Shown here: positions 14,111-29,010 of the stretch, one piece after another
Numbering within the stretch: the first letter of the stretch is position 1
Layout: the number at the start of each line of letters is the position of its first letter
Source: the human T2T-CHM13v2.0 reference genome, Homo sapiens
Direction: 5' to 3' (one strand)
Length of the DNA: 64,000 nucleotides
Assembly: GCF_009914755.1 (NCBI RefSeq)
Contig: NC_060929.1
Made by a program: the position numbers and the translations under genes
Notes under the pieces: generated by a model
Told to the model about the DNA's origin: nothing
Database searches by the model: none
What the model saw: only the letters and a program-made list of their open reading frames with translations

Positions 14111-14650
14111 TGAATGAATACTTTTTGATGTAGAAAAAAGATATGGAAGAAAAAAAGGTGGCTTTAGAAAGTTTTGGGATAGCAAGTGGACTTCCTAGCT
14201 TAGTGAAAGATAATTTCTTCTGGAGAGGGATGGAGAGAGGGGAATTAAAGGTAGAAAGTTAGGATGGAAACAGATTGTGAAGGACCCTGACTTCCAAGCA
14301 GAGGGATCAGATCTTTTCCTTTTCATGTGAGTAATGGGAAAATATTAAAAATAATCTGAAAACAGGGATGAAAGTTGAAAGTGACATCGGAGTTACATAA
14401 TGTAAAAGTCTTGTAAATGGAAGAATCCTTGTCTGCTTGCTTGCTTTCTGCATTTATTGAAACAGTATTGTCAATGAGTGGATGGAAATGCTGTTAGTGT
14501 GGGGATTCATTTGGCTCAAGAATAGTTTACATGAAACAACCCCCTCCATGCCCCCCTGCCCCGCCCTTGCTGTTTCAATCTTCTGGTGAGTCGAATGGCT
14601 TTGCTCTTTTCTGTGACTTCTTAAATACCTAATGTTTGTTTCTTTGCAAG

Positions 14651-14659
14651 GAAGACCAG
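14651..14659 (+). other. Candidate 9-nt microexon GAAGACCAG
   Basis: Context ...cctaatgtttgtttctttgcaag|GAAGACCAG|gtaagt: branch-like CTAAT, ~58-nt AG-free pyrimidine-rich zone, TGC just before the acceptor, consensus CAG/GTAAGT donor, frame-preserving length. Confidence 0.5.
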
Positions 14660-15006
14660 GTAAGTAAGTGTGGATAAGATGAACTGGTGATCATCTCCAC
14701 TGCAGGAAAAACACTTTTAAATACATATCTTACCACTAGCACAAGGTGTATGGATATATTATTACCTCTATATCTATCTCTATCTGTATAGCTATACTTG
14801 CATCTAGCAAATGAGGCTATGCTTGAATATTCATTAGTGTGTTTTAATTTCATACTAGTTACTTTTCAGGGTTGAGGCTCATGCTCAGCCAAAACTATTC
14901 TGGAGTTGATATTTGTAATTGAGACAGAACATTTTTATCTTTGTTTGTTTGTTTTTTTGTTTGTTTGTCACCAAACTGATAGGGAACAAAGTTCCTTGAA
15001 TGAAGC

Positions 15007-15153
15007 TAGGGTTCTCTACCTGGGCTACACTTTAGAGTCATCTAGGGAACTTGGAAAAAAAAATCCCCATGCTTGCAATCACTGAGGTTGGGGCCCATAC
15101 ATCGGGATTTTTAAAAAGTCCTAGGTGTGTGCAGCCAAGGTTAAGGACCACTG
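15007..15153. mobile_element. MER5-family MITE
   Basis: 'agggttctctacctgggctacac..agagtcatct' ... 'gcagccaaggttaaggaccactg'. Confidence 0.7.
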
Positions 15154-17799
15154 CAATGGGTGCACAAACAGAATCTTAGTTTTTGAACATCCTGGTGTGA
15201 GCATTTTCTTTGTTGGGCTTTTCACTTTCCCAATGTGTTCTCTGCCAATGCCTCTGCATGGAAGAACCACCCACCCCTGATTGCTAATCCTCCCTGTAGC
15301 TGTGGTTTTCCCATGAAGCCACCACAAGCAAAATAAATTCCCTGCAACTGTGCTTTGCGTTACCTTCTATCGGTTTCTGCTGCTCACCTAGTGGCTTTCC
15401 TGTGGGCCTCCACTTGCTTACCACCCAAGTGAAGCTGGGGGAGGAGCAATGCCTTGTTCTGGAAGGCCAGCACCCTGGGTGCTGTGACTGGGGACTGATA
15501 GCCTTGCACTGGGATCTCTTTCATTCAGACTCATGGTGGGGGCCAAATTTCTAGGGTGTTGTGAGGAATAAACAGGATAATGCATGTGCAACCAGGGCAT
15601 CGAATGAGCTGGAGCGGGTAGGGAGAAGCAGAAAGTCACATTCTTCAGCGTGACTTTTTAAACAGGCTCTTTTCCTGTCCCTGGCGTAGTCCACAGGTGT
15701 CTGGTGACTTTCAGCCATTGTAGTTATGCTTTAAGGTTTTAAAAAACTCTGATATGAATTAAAATTTGGAGTTTTCTTCCAACTCAGAACTTTCAGGTTT
15801 GATCCAGGCTTGGACTTGCTATGGGTGAGGGTAGAGCATGCTTTGTTGTTCTAAGCTTTCTCTTTCTTGCCCCTTTATTCCTCTTCTGCCCATAACTGTG
15901 CTGCTGCCGCTGGTTCTCCGTGGTTTTAGTCTGATGTTAGAGCATTTGTTCTCTGGTGCTGGTACCCCCTGGGTATCAGCCAAATACTGGCTTTCTTTCT
16001 CTTGGGGCACTTTCATAGGTTCTTAGAAGATCGCCTTTCCTGAAAGGAATGTCAGGCACTGCCCACTGCCCTGTTCCCTGACTTGGGCGGGTGGGGTATA
16101 GTCTCCTGCTGACCACTTATAATTCTCTTCTCCCTGCTTCTGATCCCCCCACTCTGCACCCCAAGCTTTTTGCTGCTGGGGTTACTTTGCCCACCAGAAA
16201 ATTCTTTGGGATTGAATCCTTTCAAGGTGACTCAAGTATAGCTGCCTTTCATGGTGCCCACTGTTCTTGGAGGTATTTTGTATCTCTGTTCACCCCACTC
16301 TGGAAGGCAGGCTGTGCTCAAAGCTTTACATGCCCTGCTCTGGTTGCAGTGCTAAGTGGTTCTATGAGTTTCTGCTCCTTCACAGGCATCGAGCTTGGGG
16401 GCAAAGTGTCACTCTCTCTTTCAGTCAGATATACACCCATTCTCTAGGCTTGTGTGCAGGTGGGGACGTAGGTCCCTACTCTCAACTGAAATGAGCAGGA
16501 TTCTCTAAATACCAGCTCACAATTCTCTTTGGAGAAATCTTTATTCCCCCATCTTCCCTCAAGTTTTTACCCCTTATTTATTGTCTAAAAGTTAAGTGAT
16601 AGACCATAGGTCACAGAACCAGCCTTTGAAACAATCCCAAACTTAAAAAAAAAATGGAAGAACAGTACAAAGAACTGTTTCCCCCTGTACCTTCTGAGAG
16701 TAAATTTCTAACCTGTATTCTATCGCCCTAGAACACTGTAGGGAGTATAGGATATTTCCTATGTAACCACAATATAACCATCAAAATCAGGAAACTAACA
16801 TTGACACCTTGCTAACATCTCATCCTTACTACCCCATTCAAGTTTTGCAAAATTGTCCTAATAACATCCTTGGAGCACAAAGGATATATTCCAGAATCAC
16901 CTACTGTATTTAGATGTCATGTCTGTTAGGTATCCTTCAGTCTGAAACATTCTTTGATTTTTAGCACCTTGACTCTTTGAAGTTTACAGGCCGATTATTT
17001 TGTAGCACATCCCTCAGTTTAGATTTGTCTGATGTTTCCTCATGGTTATGTTCAGATTATGCATTTTTGGCAGTGATTATCACAGAGGTTAGGTAATGTT
17101 CTTTTCATTGCATCCTATCAAGTGGTACAAATGTCTCTTTATGCCACTGCTGGTGGTGTTAGCTTTGATTACTTGATTAAGCTGGTATCTTCTAGGTTTT
17201 CTCACTGTAAAGCTACTCTTTCCCTGTGTAATTGATATGTATTTCATGGGGAGGTATTTTGAAACTCTATAAACATCTCATTCCTTATCAAACATTCAAC
17301 TTATCTATTTATCTGTTCAGACTCATGTTTTCCTATTATACTGAATGAATTTAAATTCTTATTATTTTGATGCTCAAATTTGTCACTGGTTTGGCCAGTA
17401 GGATCCCGTTCAAGCTGGCTTCTGTATTCCTTTCGTGTGAGTACGAACCCCATTATTTTATGAGCATTTCCTGGCTTTCTGGCACAATAAGAGGCTCTAA
17501 GCTCATCTGTACTTTCTGTACTCCAGCCCTTGAATCAGCCATTTCTTCAAGGAGCCCCGGTCTGTTTTAGTAGAAAACAGTATTTAGGAGCCAATATCTG
17601 AGTGCTAGGTGTGCTTGTTGCTAGTGAGCTGTTGCTGCTCTTGGGCTCATTCAGTGGTCAGAGCTAGGGGATGTGTGTGTGTGTATGTGTACATGTGTAT
17701 GTGTGTACATACACATGTGTTAACTTCTCTATCGAAAACCTTGAGTTCACACAAGTCTCCAGTTCTAATCCAACACCAGGGCTCATTGAGCCTTTTCCC

Positions 17800-18777
<978 letters not shown>

Positions 18778-19099
18778 CCCCTTTCTGTATTTGTAATTCT
18801 CTTTTCCAACAGTGAGAAACCTGGCTTCCATTATTCCTAATATACTGATGTCATCAATGCCCTTGTATGTATCTGGTGCCACCACCTCTTCTACAGGGCC
18901 ACCTTCGTCACTCTGCATGAATTCCGATGCCCCACCCTGAGGCCCTGTGGATTCCTCCATCCCCACTGCAGAACTAAACTTGCTCTACTCCAGCTAATGA
19001 TGTTAGGACTGAATTGTTTAGGAAGAGAAGGAAAATACTAAGGATCTCTTGAACCAGTTTTGAGTCACCTGTTAGCAAGCCTCACCTCGATATTCTAGC

Positions 19100-19610
19100 A
19101 TAAGGGTCCTTAATCTGTCTGGTGTTTACAGACCCCCTTGAATAAAATTCAGGGGATCTGCGAGCTTGGATGGGAAATAAATTACATGTTTACTTTTTCT
19201 AACTTCTAACTGAATCTTACCATTTCCTTTAATTATGAATGTAGGGAACAAACCATGGTATTAGCAGTGCCTGTGACTTTGTCAACAACAGAAGTCACAC
19301 ATGTTTTCATATCACTTATACTTGTTGCAGAAACTATTTATGCTCATCATAACTTTAACATTATGGTAGTTGTGAGATTCTTCCTTAGATCTCATTTATT
19401 TATTATTTATTGTGCCAATAAGTCTGCATATTATGATATTGCAACATTACTCTAAATTATTTTAATAATTATCTTCAACATATTTAGTGTCCTTTATAAT
19501 CCTATATGTTTTGTTGTGTGCATTAAAAATAATTATCCTGAGAAGAGGTCCTCAGTCTTCACTAAATTGCCAAAAGGGTTCAAGGAAACAAAAATGATTA
19601 CAGCCTCCAG
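19100..19610 (+). mobile_element. Charlie4a-like hAT element
   Basis: 'aattcagggga..cttggatgggaaa..catttcc..aattatgaatgtagg..ttagcagt.cctgtgactttgtca'. Confidence 0.7.
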
Positions 19611-19789
19611 TTTAGCAGTTCTCTTTGGAATATGAAGGTATTTCTCCCTATTATTTTAAAATTTGGTGCCTGAACTAGGTCAGAAAATTTCCGAATTAAT
19701 CTCCTGTTAAATGTTTAAACTGCTTAGCACTGTGCTTTGTATGTAGTAAGTCCTCAACAAGTGGCAGATATTATCTTATTGTTTTTACA

Positions 19790-20125
19790 ACTTCCTTGTT
19801 GCACCAAATGGAGGGAGTAGCTGCTGGCACTTGTATGTTTTTGATTCCTCTCTTGGTACTTAGAGAGTTCCCTGACAATATGCCCAGGCTGGCCTGATGG
19901 AGGGAGATGGGAGACAAGTGGATGTGAGAGGCCACCTAGAGGGGAACCAGTCAACTTGGACGAGCCTGTTCTAGACGTTCTTACTCCCAGCTGACCCTGC
20001 TGGCACAGACCCACCAGCTGAGCACAGATGCATGACCAGTCCAACAGAGATCAGCCAAGCCTGGCCCAAATCAGCTGAACCTCCTGGCTGACATAAATGT
20101 TCATTGCTATTTTTGTTAACAAGTA
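19790..20125 (+). mobile_element. MLT1 (F/G/H-type) LTR fragment
   Basis: 'ccaccagctga.cacagatgcatga..cagccaagcctggcccaaatcagc'. Confidence 0.6.
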
Positions 20126-20189
20126 TGATGAAAATGAAACAACTAAGATATATGTTGTAAACTTCACTCATTTGTCAATCATATGAGTG

Positions 20190-20766
20190 ACTTCTTTGCA
20201 GAATCAGATAACGGTTTTTACAAACTGAAAAAAATATTTCCCTATTGCATTGTGGTATTTATAATGTAAGGGCTATAAACATGACACAAAGTTTAATCTA
20301 TGTTACTAATATTGTGTCCGTCACTTTAAGTCTAACACGGCAGTAACTCAAGCCCTGACGCTGATTTCTATGGTGTAAATGGTGATAATACTCCCACTAT
20401 AGCTGACTTCTGGCTACCGATGTGATGTCACAGAATGTGGAGTTGTATGTGACGGAAACGCTGTATAGTGAGGAGCATCTCTTCCCAGTTCCAAAAAGTT
20501 TTGAACCTTGGCACATTTTGGATTTTGGATTTTCAGATTAGGGATGCTCGACCTACATAACACAAGACATGTAAATAACATCAAAAGCATAAACAACAGA
20601 AAAATATAATTAGGATGTGATAAGTTTGAATATCTCTGTTTTAACTATAATTCGTAAGTTATAGAATTTAATTTTTAATAGGAGCTGTGCTTAACAGACT
20701 CATAAAATTGGCTTTTTAAACAATTGACTCTTGGGTGTGGTCTCTGCTGGCTCCAGCATACCCCTG
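20190..20766 (-). mobile_element. MER63-family hAT-Blackjack element carrying a Tigger4/MER46 fragment (~20489-20556)
   Basis: 'gatttctatggtgtaaat..tactcccact..gtgatgtcacagaatgtggagttg' and terminal 'ggctccagcataccc'; the insert reads 'ttttggattttcagattagggatgctcgacct'. Confidence 0.6.
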
Positions 20767-20779
20767 GTTATATAGCATG

Positions 20780-21140
20780 TTGTGGCAATAGCCAAATGAT
20801 AGACTGGCAAAGGAGTGGGGAGGAGGGCAAGGGAAGGGAGGAAGGCTGATGAAGGGGATGTAACTGTGCAGATTTGCTTGTGCAGACAACTGGGACTCAG
20901 TCCTGCTGGGGACCCTCTAAGAAACTCTGTGGAATGGATCTTAAATTATCTCCCTGGTAGATTGAGGGTCACTTCTGGGGTATGAACTCCCAGACACATC
21001 TGGCCTGTTCTACCTGCAGGCTGAACATGCTTCCGGGGCCAGAGGGCACCCTCAGGCAGAGAGATGCAGGAGGTCGTTGGTGGGTGTAACTGTCTGCAGG
21101 AGGCCTCTGGGTGAGTTGAGGGGATATGGGTGGGCCACCC
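20780..21140 (-). mobile_element. LTR16-like ERVL LTR
   Basis: 'caactgggactcagtcctgctggggaccctct..' and 'ccctcaggcagagagatgcag'. Confidence 0.45.
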
Positions 21141-22029
21141 TATGCCCTTCTTTCTGGGCTTCAGCTCCCTCCTCTCTAAAATGAGGAAGGACAGTCTCCA
21201 AGTCCCTCTTTGATCCTCTAATACAGTTTGAAGAATATGCTTGGCCCTGGAGAAGGACAGTGGGCACAACTAGAATGGAAGAATCCTGCGCTTTGTATCT
21301 TTTCAGGGTGGTAGGGTAGAATGTGTCACTCTCGGCCTTCCTTTATGCTCATGCTGTCTTCCCTGAGGTGCCAAAGGAGAGGGGAGAGGAATTAAGGCCG
21401 CAGAGGTCTAATGCAGTGGCTGGTGGTCAGCCCATCCAGGGTGAATCTGCCCTTCCTCCTCCTCTGGGCCCCAGAAAGTCTGTTCTGCAAATGAGCTGCC
21501 CGTGTCTGATTGCTACTCCCCAGGTTGGGTTTCTAGACCTTCATGACACTCAGGTTACTGCATGGTCTGGTTCAGGGTATCACTTTCTGAGACATCCTCT
21601 CCATAAAGCCTCTTCGGCACTGTCTCCAGAGGCTCTTGACCCAGATACTCAGAGAATACTTGGTTCTTCTTGGCAGAAAAGCAACATAAAGTGAGTTGGT
21701 AAAACAGGAGGTCCAGCAGAGGACTTCCAAGGGCTTTTTATCTCTACTATTGGGACTCCATTGGTCTAACAAATATGTCAATTTAGGCAGCCAAGTGGGT
21801 GTTTCCCTTCCAGGTGGCCATGTTGGAATTGATTAAAACATAAATGTAGCTATTTTTTTTTTCTTTCCAGAATTGTTTTTGTAAAGCCGGTCTGTGAACC
21901 ACAAAAGAGAACCGTTCATATTGCAACCACTTTATTTACCAGTTTTTGGTCCAGGTGGCTTTTTGATTATTCCAAAGTCTAATTCATCCACCAAGGTTGA
22001 AGGTAATAGAAGTCATCCACACAATACTT

Positions 22030-22250
22030 TCTGTATTCCAACTACTGTGCTAAGCACATTCCATGCATTTTCTCATCTACAATCCTGTGAAGTGTTGCAA
22101 TTTTTTTTCTCTTTTTACAGATAGAAATGAGGTATAAAATGAGGTATAAAAAGTTAATAAACTTTCTCTAAGTCACATAGCTAGTAAAAGGTGAAGCTGA
22201 AATTCAAACCTAGCACTAAGACCACAGACTAGACTCTTAACTACTAATGA
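22030..22250 (-). mobile_element. MIR SINE
   Basis: 'ttttacagatagaaatgagg..aagtcacatagctagtaa..aattcaaacct'. Confidence 0.7.
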
Positions 22251-22640
22251 ATTTCTTATTAATTGATCCATTCAATAATAGTATGTGTCAGACACTGTTC
22301 CGGGCATTGAGGAGTCATCAAAAAACAAGACAGACAAAAATTCCTGCTTTCTTGGAACCTAAATTCTATTGGAGGAGGCAGAAATAAAGAAATAGCATAC
22401 TAGATGAGTAAATGATATAGTAGTTAGAATGTCATTTTGAAAATGAAAGGGCAAGGTTCAGGAGATTGGATGGCTAGATGGAGGTTGAAATTGTAAATGG
22501 AGTGGCCTGCATAGGCCTTATGGGCAGATTTGAAGGAGTAGAGCAAGTGAGCCATATGTTATCTGAAGACTATTTCAGGCAGAAGAACAGCCAGTGGAAA
22601 GGCCCTGAGGTGGGAACATGGCTGGCATGTTTGAGAAACG

Positions 22641-22913
22641 GGCTGGGCACAGTGGCTCACGCCTGTAATCCCAGCGCTGTGGGAGGCCAAGGTGGGAAGA
22701 TTGCTTGAGTCCAGGAGTTTGAGACCAGCTAGGGTAACATAGACTCCTGTATCTACAAAAAATAAAAAATTAGCTGTAGTCTCAGCTACTCGGGAGACTG
22801 AGGAGCTACTTGAGCCTGGGAGTTGGAGGCTGCAGTGAGCCATGCTCATGCCACTGCACTGGAGACTGGGCAACAGAGTGAGACCCTGTCTCAAAAAAAA
22901 AATAAATAAAAAA
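22641..22913 (+). mobile_element. AluJ with an internal deletion
   Basis: 'gattgcttgagtccaggagtttgagacc' and 'gagtgagaccctgtctc'; A tail. Confidence 0.92.
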
Positions 22914-22933
22914 GAAACAATTGGATACATATT

Positions 22934-23343
22934 TGATATGATTTGAATGCTTGTGTCTCCTCTAAAATTCATACTGAAACTTAATCCCCAACGTAACAGT
23001 ATTAAGAGGTGAGGCCTTTAGGAGGTAATTAGGCTATGAAGGCTCTGCTCTCATGAATGGGATTCATGCCTGATAAAATGGCTTGAGGGAGTGGGATTGC
23101 CCCCTTTCTGTACTTTTCTGTCCCTTCTGCCATGTGTGAATGCAACATCTGTCCCCTCCAGAGGATGAGGCACTCAAGGCACCATCCTGAAGGAGAGACC
23201 AGACCCGCACCAGACATCAAACTTGCTGGTGTCTTGATCTTGGACTTCCCAGCCTCCAGAGCTGTGAGAAATACATTTCTGTTGTTCATAAATTACCCAG
23301 TCTCAGATATTTTGTTATATCAGCATGAACAGACCAAGTAACA
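22934..23343 (+). mobile_element. MST (MSTD/MSTC-like) MaLR solo LTR
   Basis: TGATATGATTTGAATG start; 'gatcttggacttcccagcctccagagctgtgagaaata'; 'aattacccagtctcag'. Confidence 0.85.
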
Positions 23344-24339
23344 ACCTCTAATTGTAAAGGAAATTCTGGTCCATTGTAAGGATTTTGGCTTTTACCTTGA
23401 GATAAACGGAAGGGAAATTGCAGGATTTTGAGCAGAGGTGTGATGTGATCAGACTTCTATTTGAACAGGATTAGCCATGGATAATAACTGTAGGGTGGTA
23501 AGGACAGTTATCTCTTCTTATAGACACATATAACCGGACCTTGTTACAGGTACAGGTGAGAGATGATAATGGTTAAGACCAGACCCAGAAGGGATGTCTG
23601 TGCATTCAGCAGTTGCATTAGAAGTTGCTACCAGGTATGTTAATTCTTTTCCCAACTGAGAAAAGACAATTTAAAGGGCCTGGCTAGGTCTCTGTATAAT
23701 AGCTTTAGGAGAAGCAGAGGAACCAAGAGAATATGTTTGGCAGAGAAAACAGTCACCAGTGTGGCTGCTCACCAAACTTCCAACAGAACCTTGGGACAGG
23801 AGTTCCATGAGAAAAAATTCTAGACTCAAACTAGCCTAAGAAAGGTCAAGAGAGGGTCTAAGGCAGGTTAAAAGCTGCACATTGGGAAGGTGGAGAAAAA
23901 TGTAAACAGGAAGGAGCTGGTAGACTTGTGAAGGTTGGGTTTCTTTGATTCCATAGGCCTGCAGTAGATGAAGGCCCATGTCAGGCAAGGGACAGAGGCA
24001 GAGTATGGCCAGAGACTGGCAGCCAAAAGTCCAGAATATAGGAAGATGGAGCAAAAGAGGAGTCCTAGTCTTTAGACATGAGACAGGGTTTGGGATCCAA
24101 GGTTTGGAGAAACAACAGAGTGGAGCCATCAGCAAGCAGTATATCTGGGCTATGAGAGTCAAGCTGTGACTCTGGTCTCTGTCCTGGCTTTCAGGGACTT
24201 TCCTTTGGACATGGATTGACCCGTGGCACAACGTGTGATTCTGCAGAGCTCTTGTAGATAGTGTTACAACTCTACAATTCATTTTTAGAGGAAGGTCAGT
24301 AACGGCCTTCCCAGATTATCAACCTCCCATGGTTTTCCC

Positions 24340-25115
<776 letters not shown>

Positions 25116-25196
25116 ATCTAATTTACAGTGTTTAGAAAATAACAAGGGAACTTCCTTTCTAATGTCTCCTTCCTTCATACATAACTGGCCATTAAG

Positions 25197-25296
25197 AAGG
25201 GTGACCATTTGGCCTGGTTTTCCTGGGCCAATATTAGCACTCCCTTTGACTCTCAAGGTTGTCTCAGTTTAGACAATAAATTATTTGGTCATCATA
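25197..25296 (-). mobile_element. MER94 hAT-Blackjack MITE
   Basis: Termini 'agggtgaccat' ... 'ttggtcatc'; internal 'gtttagacaataaatta'. Confidence 0.6.
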
Positions 25297-27457
25297 TAAA
25301 AGTTTGCCATAATCTGTACGTGGCTTTCCCCCTCCCTCTCTTCCTTCCTTAAACATATGTAGAGTACCTACTAGGGACCCGAGATGTACTAAGTGCTGGA
25401 AGATGGAGACACCTGAAAATAAACAAACCTGGTTATGCCCTCAAGGAAAGTTCAAACATCTGCACAAACACTGAAGAACAAAATAAAATCACAATGATGT
25501 GACCTAGACATTTTCTATTCTACAGACGAAATGGCTGGCTATTGGCTTAAATATTTTGCAGTTTACCCAGATGTTTGGCACCACCTAGACACTGTCTGAC
25601 TTCCCTCTCCCCATCAGTTGATTTCAGCCCTCCCTCTCTTTCCTCCCTTGTTGTTCCCATTACTCAAGATTTGGCAGGTCTCATGTATGCACCATGCCAG
25701 AACTTCTTTACATGGACCATGATTAAGACCAAGGCTTCAGGTCTTTGCTGCCTTCTGACAATTCACTACGAACTTTTCTTGTTCTCTGTTCCTTCTAGAC
25801 CCAATTCAGCCAGGCAGGATCTAAATTAGCTTTCTGATGGCCCTTGTATTGCTGCCAAAAGTGTTTTTGATTGCTTGGCCTCCAAGTTCCTGGACTCCGG
25901 CTCCTTGGTGGTGTCCTGGGGGAAGCACATGAGGCTTGCTGGCCCCTGGAGTGCTGTTTGTCTGCTGGACTTCCCGACCACAGGGTGAGGAAGGCCACCC
26001 TCCATGTGGGAGTTAGAGAGGCTCCGCATGTGGTTTTGAGCAGGGTCAGGGGTTGGGGTGAGGATCAGGAACACTTAACCTTTTCGGAGAAGCATGTCCC
26101 TGTGGTCATCTATTCCCCCTGCTTTGTTGGGGAGGGAGTTGGTGACCATTTGCACAGGATAGCATAAGAGGACCGAAATATTACTGTACCCTATAATGAC
26201 TCCTTTTTGGTCTACACTGAATTCTTAGAACCTTACCTCTAATTTTACCTTGTATGGGTTTTATTCTTGATAAAGGATAACCTTTTAGCTAGCAAATACA
26301 TCAGGTGATAATTACATTAACTGAGCCACACATCACTGCCCATCATCTCTAGGGACATAGGACTCAAAAGACTGGCATGTGTGTGGTGAGAGTAGAGAAG
26401 GTTTCAGGAGAATTCGAGATAATGGGGCTCCACTGAGCATGGGGAGTGTCTCTGGGCTGAAGTTGGGAGATTGAGTGTGTGAGGGAGGGCCTTAGAAGAC
26501 ATTCATGAGTGTAGCTTGAACAGTGGAGACATTTAAGAACAACCACCTAGGGTATGACTAGAGCGTACCCTGCTGACATTTACTCAGAGCGTGGCTGGGA
26601 AAGAGGTGGTGGTGCTGTCAATAGGAAAGTCATTCTTCCCTTTGTCTCTCAATAAACCAAGGAAGCAGAGGGTGGAGAGAACATTCTGCCCCATGCTCAG
26701 GAGAGCTTCAGCAGGCTAAGGAGAGATGGAGAATCAGGGCAACGCCAACTGCACACCTGGCTTCAGGAGAGTGGGCATATAGAGGACACAAATCCCTCAC
26801 CAGATGCAGAATTCCCCACATTTTCTCAAGGGCAGCAGGGCCATGTTTATAGAAAAGTCAGACCTTAAATCCATACCCTCTTAAGAGACTCTGTAATGTA
26901 GGGAGACAGATGACCTCCACCATGAATACAGGGGCTGTGACTTGATCCCTGGCTGCAGGAGATACTTTATTACAAGGCATTATTGGATCCAGATGTCACA
27001 CGTCCCATGGAGGCTGCCTGCATAAGACTTCCCACCAAAATCTCCCCTCTACTAGGGCAGAGAAAGGCCCTCAAGAGAAAGGACTTGGATCCATAGAGAC
27101 AGTCATGCAGGCCTAGGACAGGGGTGCCTTTGGATGTCTCCAGAGTAGGATGGTTTGAGTCATGGTCCTGCAAGAGTCAGAAGGACTGGCCTTTCCCAGC
27201 AATGGCAGGTGATCTGGCGGGGAGTGGGGAAGGAGCTGAAAGTTTAGCATTTCTTTACTTGAGAAAGGAAACAAGGGGATAATAAACCATATAAATGGAA
27301 AACATGTTTCTTAAAACAAGGCTGTATGTCAGCACACAGGGCTCATGAGACAAATTCTTTTGTGAGGATGAAGCTTCCCAGGAGTACATGTGTGTACTGT
27401 TCACACACATGAACTGTTCCATGCCCACGTACATGCACAGGTCCACAAGGATACATC

Positions 27458-27871
27458 TGATATGGTTTGGATGTTTTGTTCCCTTCAAATCTTATGTTGA
27501 AATGTGACTTCCAGTATTGGAGATGGGGCCTGGTGGGAGGTGTCTGAGTGTTATGGGAGGATCCCCCATGAATGGCTTGGTGCTGTCCTCAAGGTAATGA
27601 GTGAGCTCTCTGAGTTCACATGAGATCTGGTTGTTTAGGAGAGCCTGACACCTCCTCCCTCTCTCTTTTCCTCCCTCTCCCGCCATGTGATATGCTGGCT
27701 TCCCCTTCTGCTGTTTCTATGATTGTGAGCTTCCTGAGGCCTTACCAGAAGCCAAGCAGATAGGAGTGCCATGCTTGTACAGCCTGCAGAACTGTGAGCC
27801 AAATAAACTACTTTCCTTTATGAATTACCCAGCTTCAGATATTTATGTAGCAACACAAACAGACTAACATA
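27458..27871 (+). mobile_element. MST (MSTB-like) MaLR solo LTR
   Basis: TGATATGGTTTGGATG start, AGACTAACATA end; TSD acatc/acctc. Confidence 0.88.
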
Positions 27872-28493
27872 ACCTCCTTGTACATAGATATTACAGACCA
27901 CTCTCATATTAACACGTGAATGTTATACCTAGACACACACACATAATATTGGAGTTCCTTTACTACATAAACATGTTTATATGTATATAGACATTCACAC
28001 ATGCAATATGGAGACAGAAGCCAACTCCCAATTATCTATCATTATCCACTCTTTTTATCCAACATGTTTTTCACCTGAGAATGGCTTCTTTTTCTTATCA
28101 CGTATAATTCAGCTATCATCAGTTGATCTATGCTTATGAAATGCAATTATATAGTAATTGTAATTTACCCCCCCACCCCCCAAAATGCTAAAAATTGATT
28201 AACTGTGAGAGGGAAGAACAAAAAAAATCTGAGCCCATGTCAACCTATATTATTCATTTTAAAGTCAGATAAAAAGAAACGTTGTAGAGACGTGCCATTT
28301 GATTTATTTGCATCTTCTTGATGATTGGTACTGATACTTGTAAGTTGGCTGGGTTTCATTCTTGTTGTTAGTTTTTTTCCCTGGCATAGATGAACTGACT
28401 TGGGCAAGTTGGGAGTATCCTTGACCTGACAGGCAGAGCCAGGTGTGGGTCATGGCTTATAATCCTCATACCCACTTTTGCTGTGTGTGTCTG

Positions 28494-28502
<9 letters not shown>

Positions 28503-28540
<38 letters not shown>
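28503..28540 (+). repeat. (AC)19 microsatellite
   Basis: Read directly. Confidence 0.98.
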
Positions 28541-28542
<2 letters not shown>

Positions 28543-29010
28543 CACTGTTTAAATGTGTGACTTTTAGCCCTTGAAAACCTATAAGAAAATTGAAGAGGAT
28601 GTTTCCTCTGGTGGCAGAGTACTGTAAGGGATTCTATTAAGTCCATGAACTGGGGCTCATGATTGAGGCTGGCACTTCATTTTTAATGCCATAAAGGGTC
28701 TCCTTTTGGGGTGTGTATTCTGTCCCTCCAGACTGTAGGAGACATAACAAGTGGGAACTTTCTGATGTGACTTCCAGAGAGAAACTTGTGATTAGGCAGT
28801 CCCTCAGGCCTCCTGAAGCCAATGAACAATTTAACCTTGCAGAACTGAGCTCCTACTAGAGTGTGGGGTTTTCACTGGTAATTGATACTTGAAAGAGAAA
28901 CCTTTCCTGTTTCAACCATTTGGTTGAAAAGCTTGATCAAATGTGTTACCCTTTCTGGTAAATTCCATGACCATACTTGGATCTTTATTATTGAGGATCC
29001 TATAGAAAGA

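Larger units (their letters stand above)
22265..23585 (-). mobile_element. L2 (L2a-like) fragment interrupted by an Alu and an MST
   Basis: 'aacagccagtggaaaggccctgaggtgggaac'; 'gtaagggattttggcttttac..ttttgagcagagg'. Confidence 0.7.

Noticed and set aside
14586-14650. GTGAGT donor 65 nt upstream of the microexon candidate's acceptor
   Set aside because: The implied intron is at or below the practical minimum for human introns, so it is unlikely to be used.
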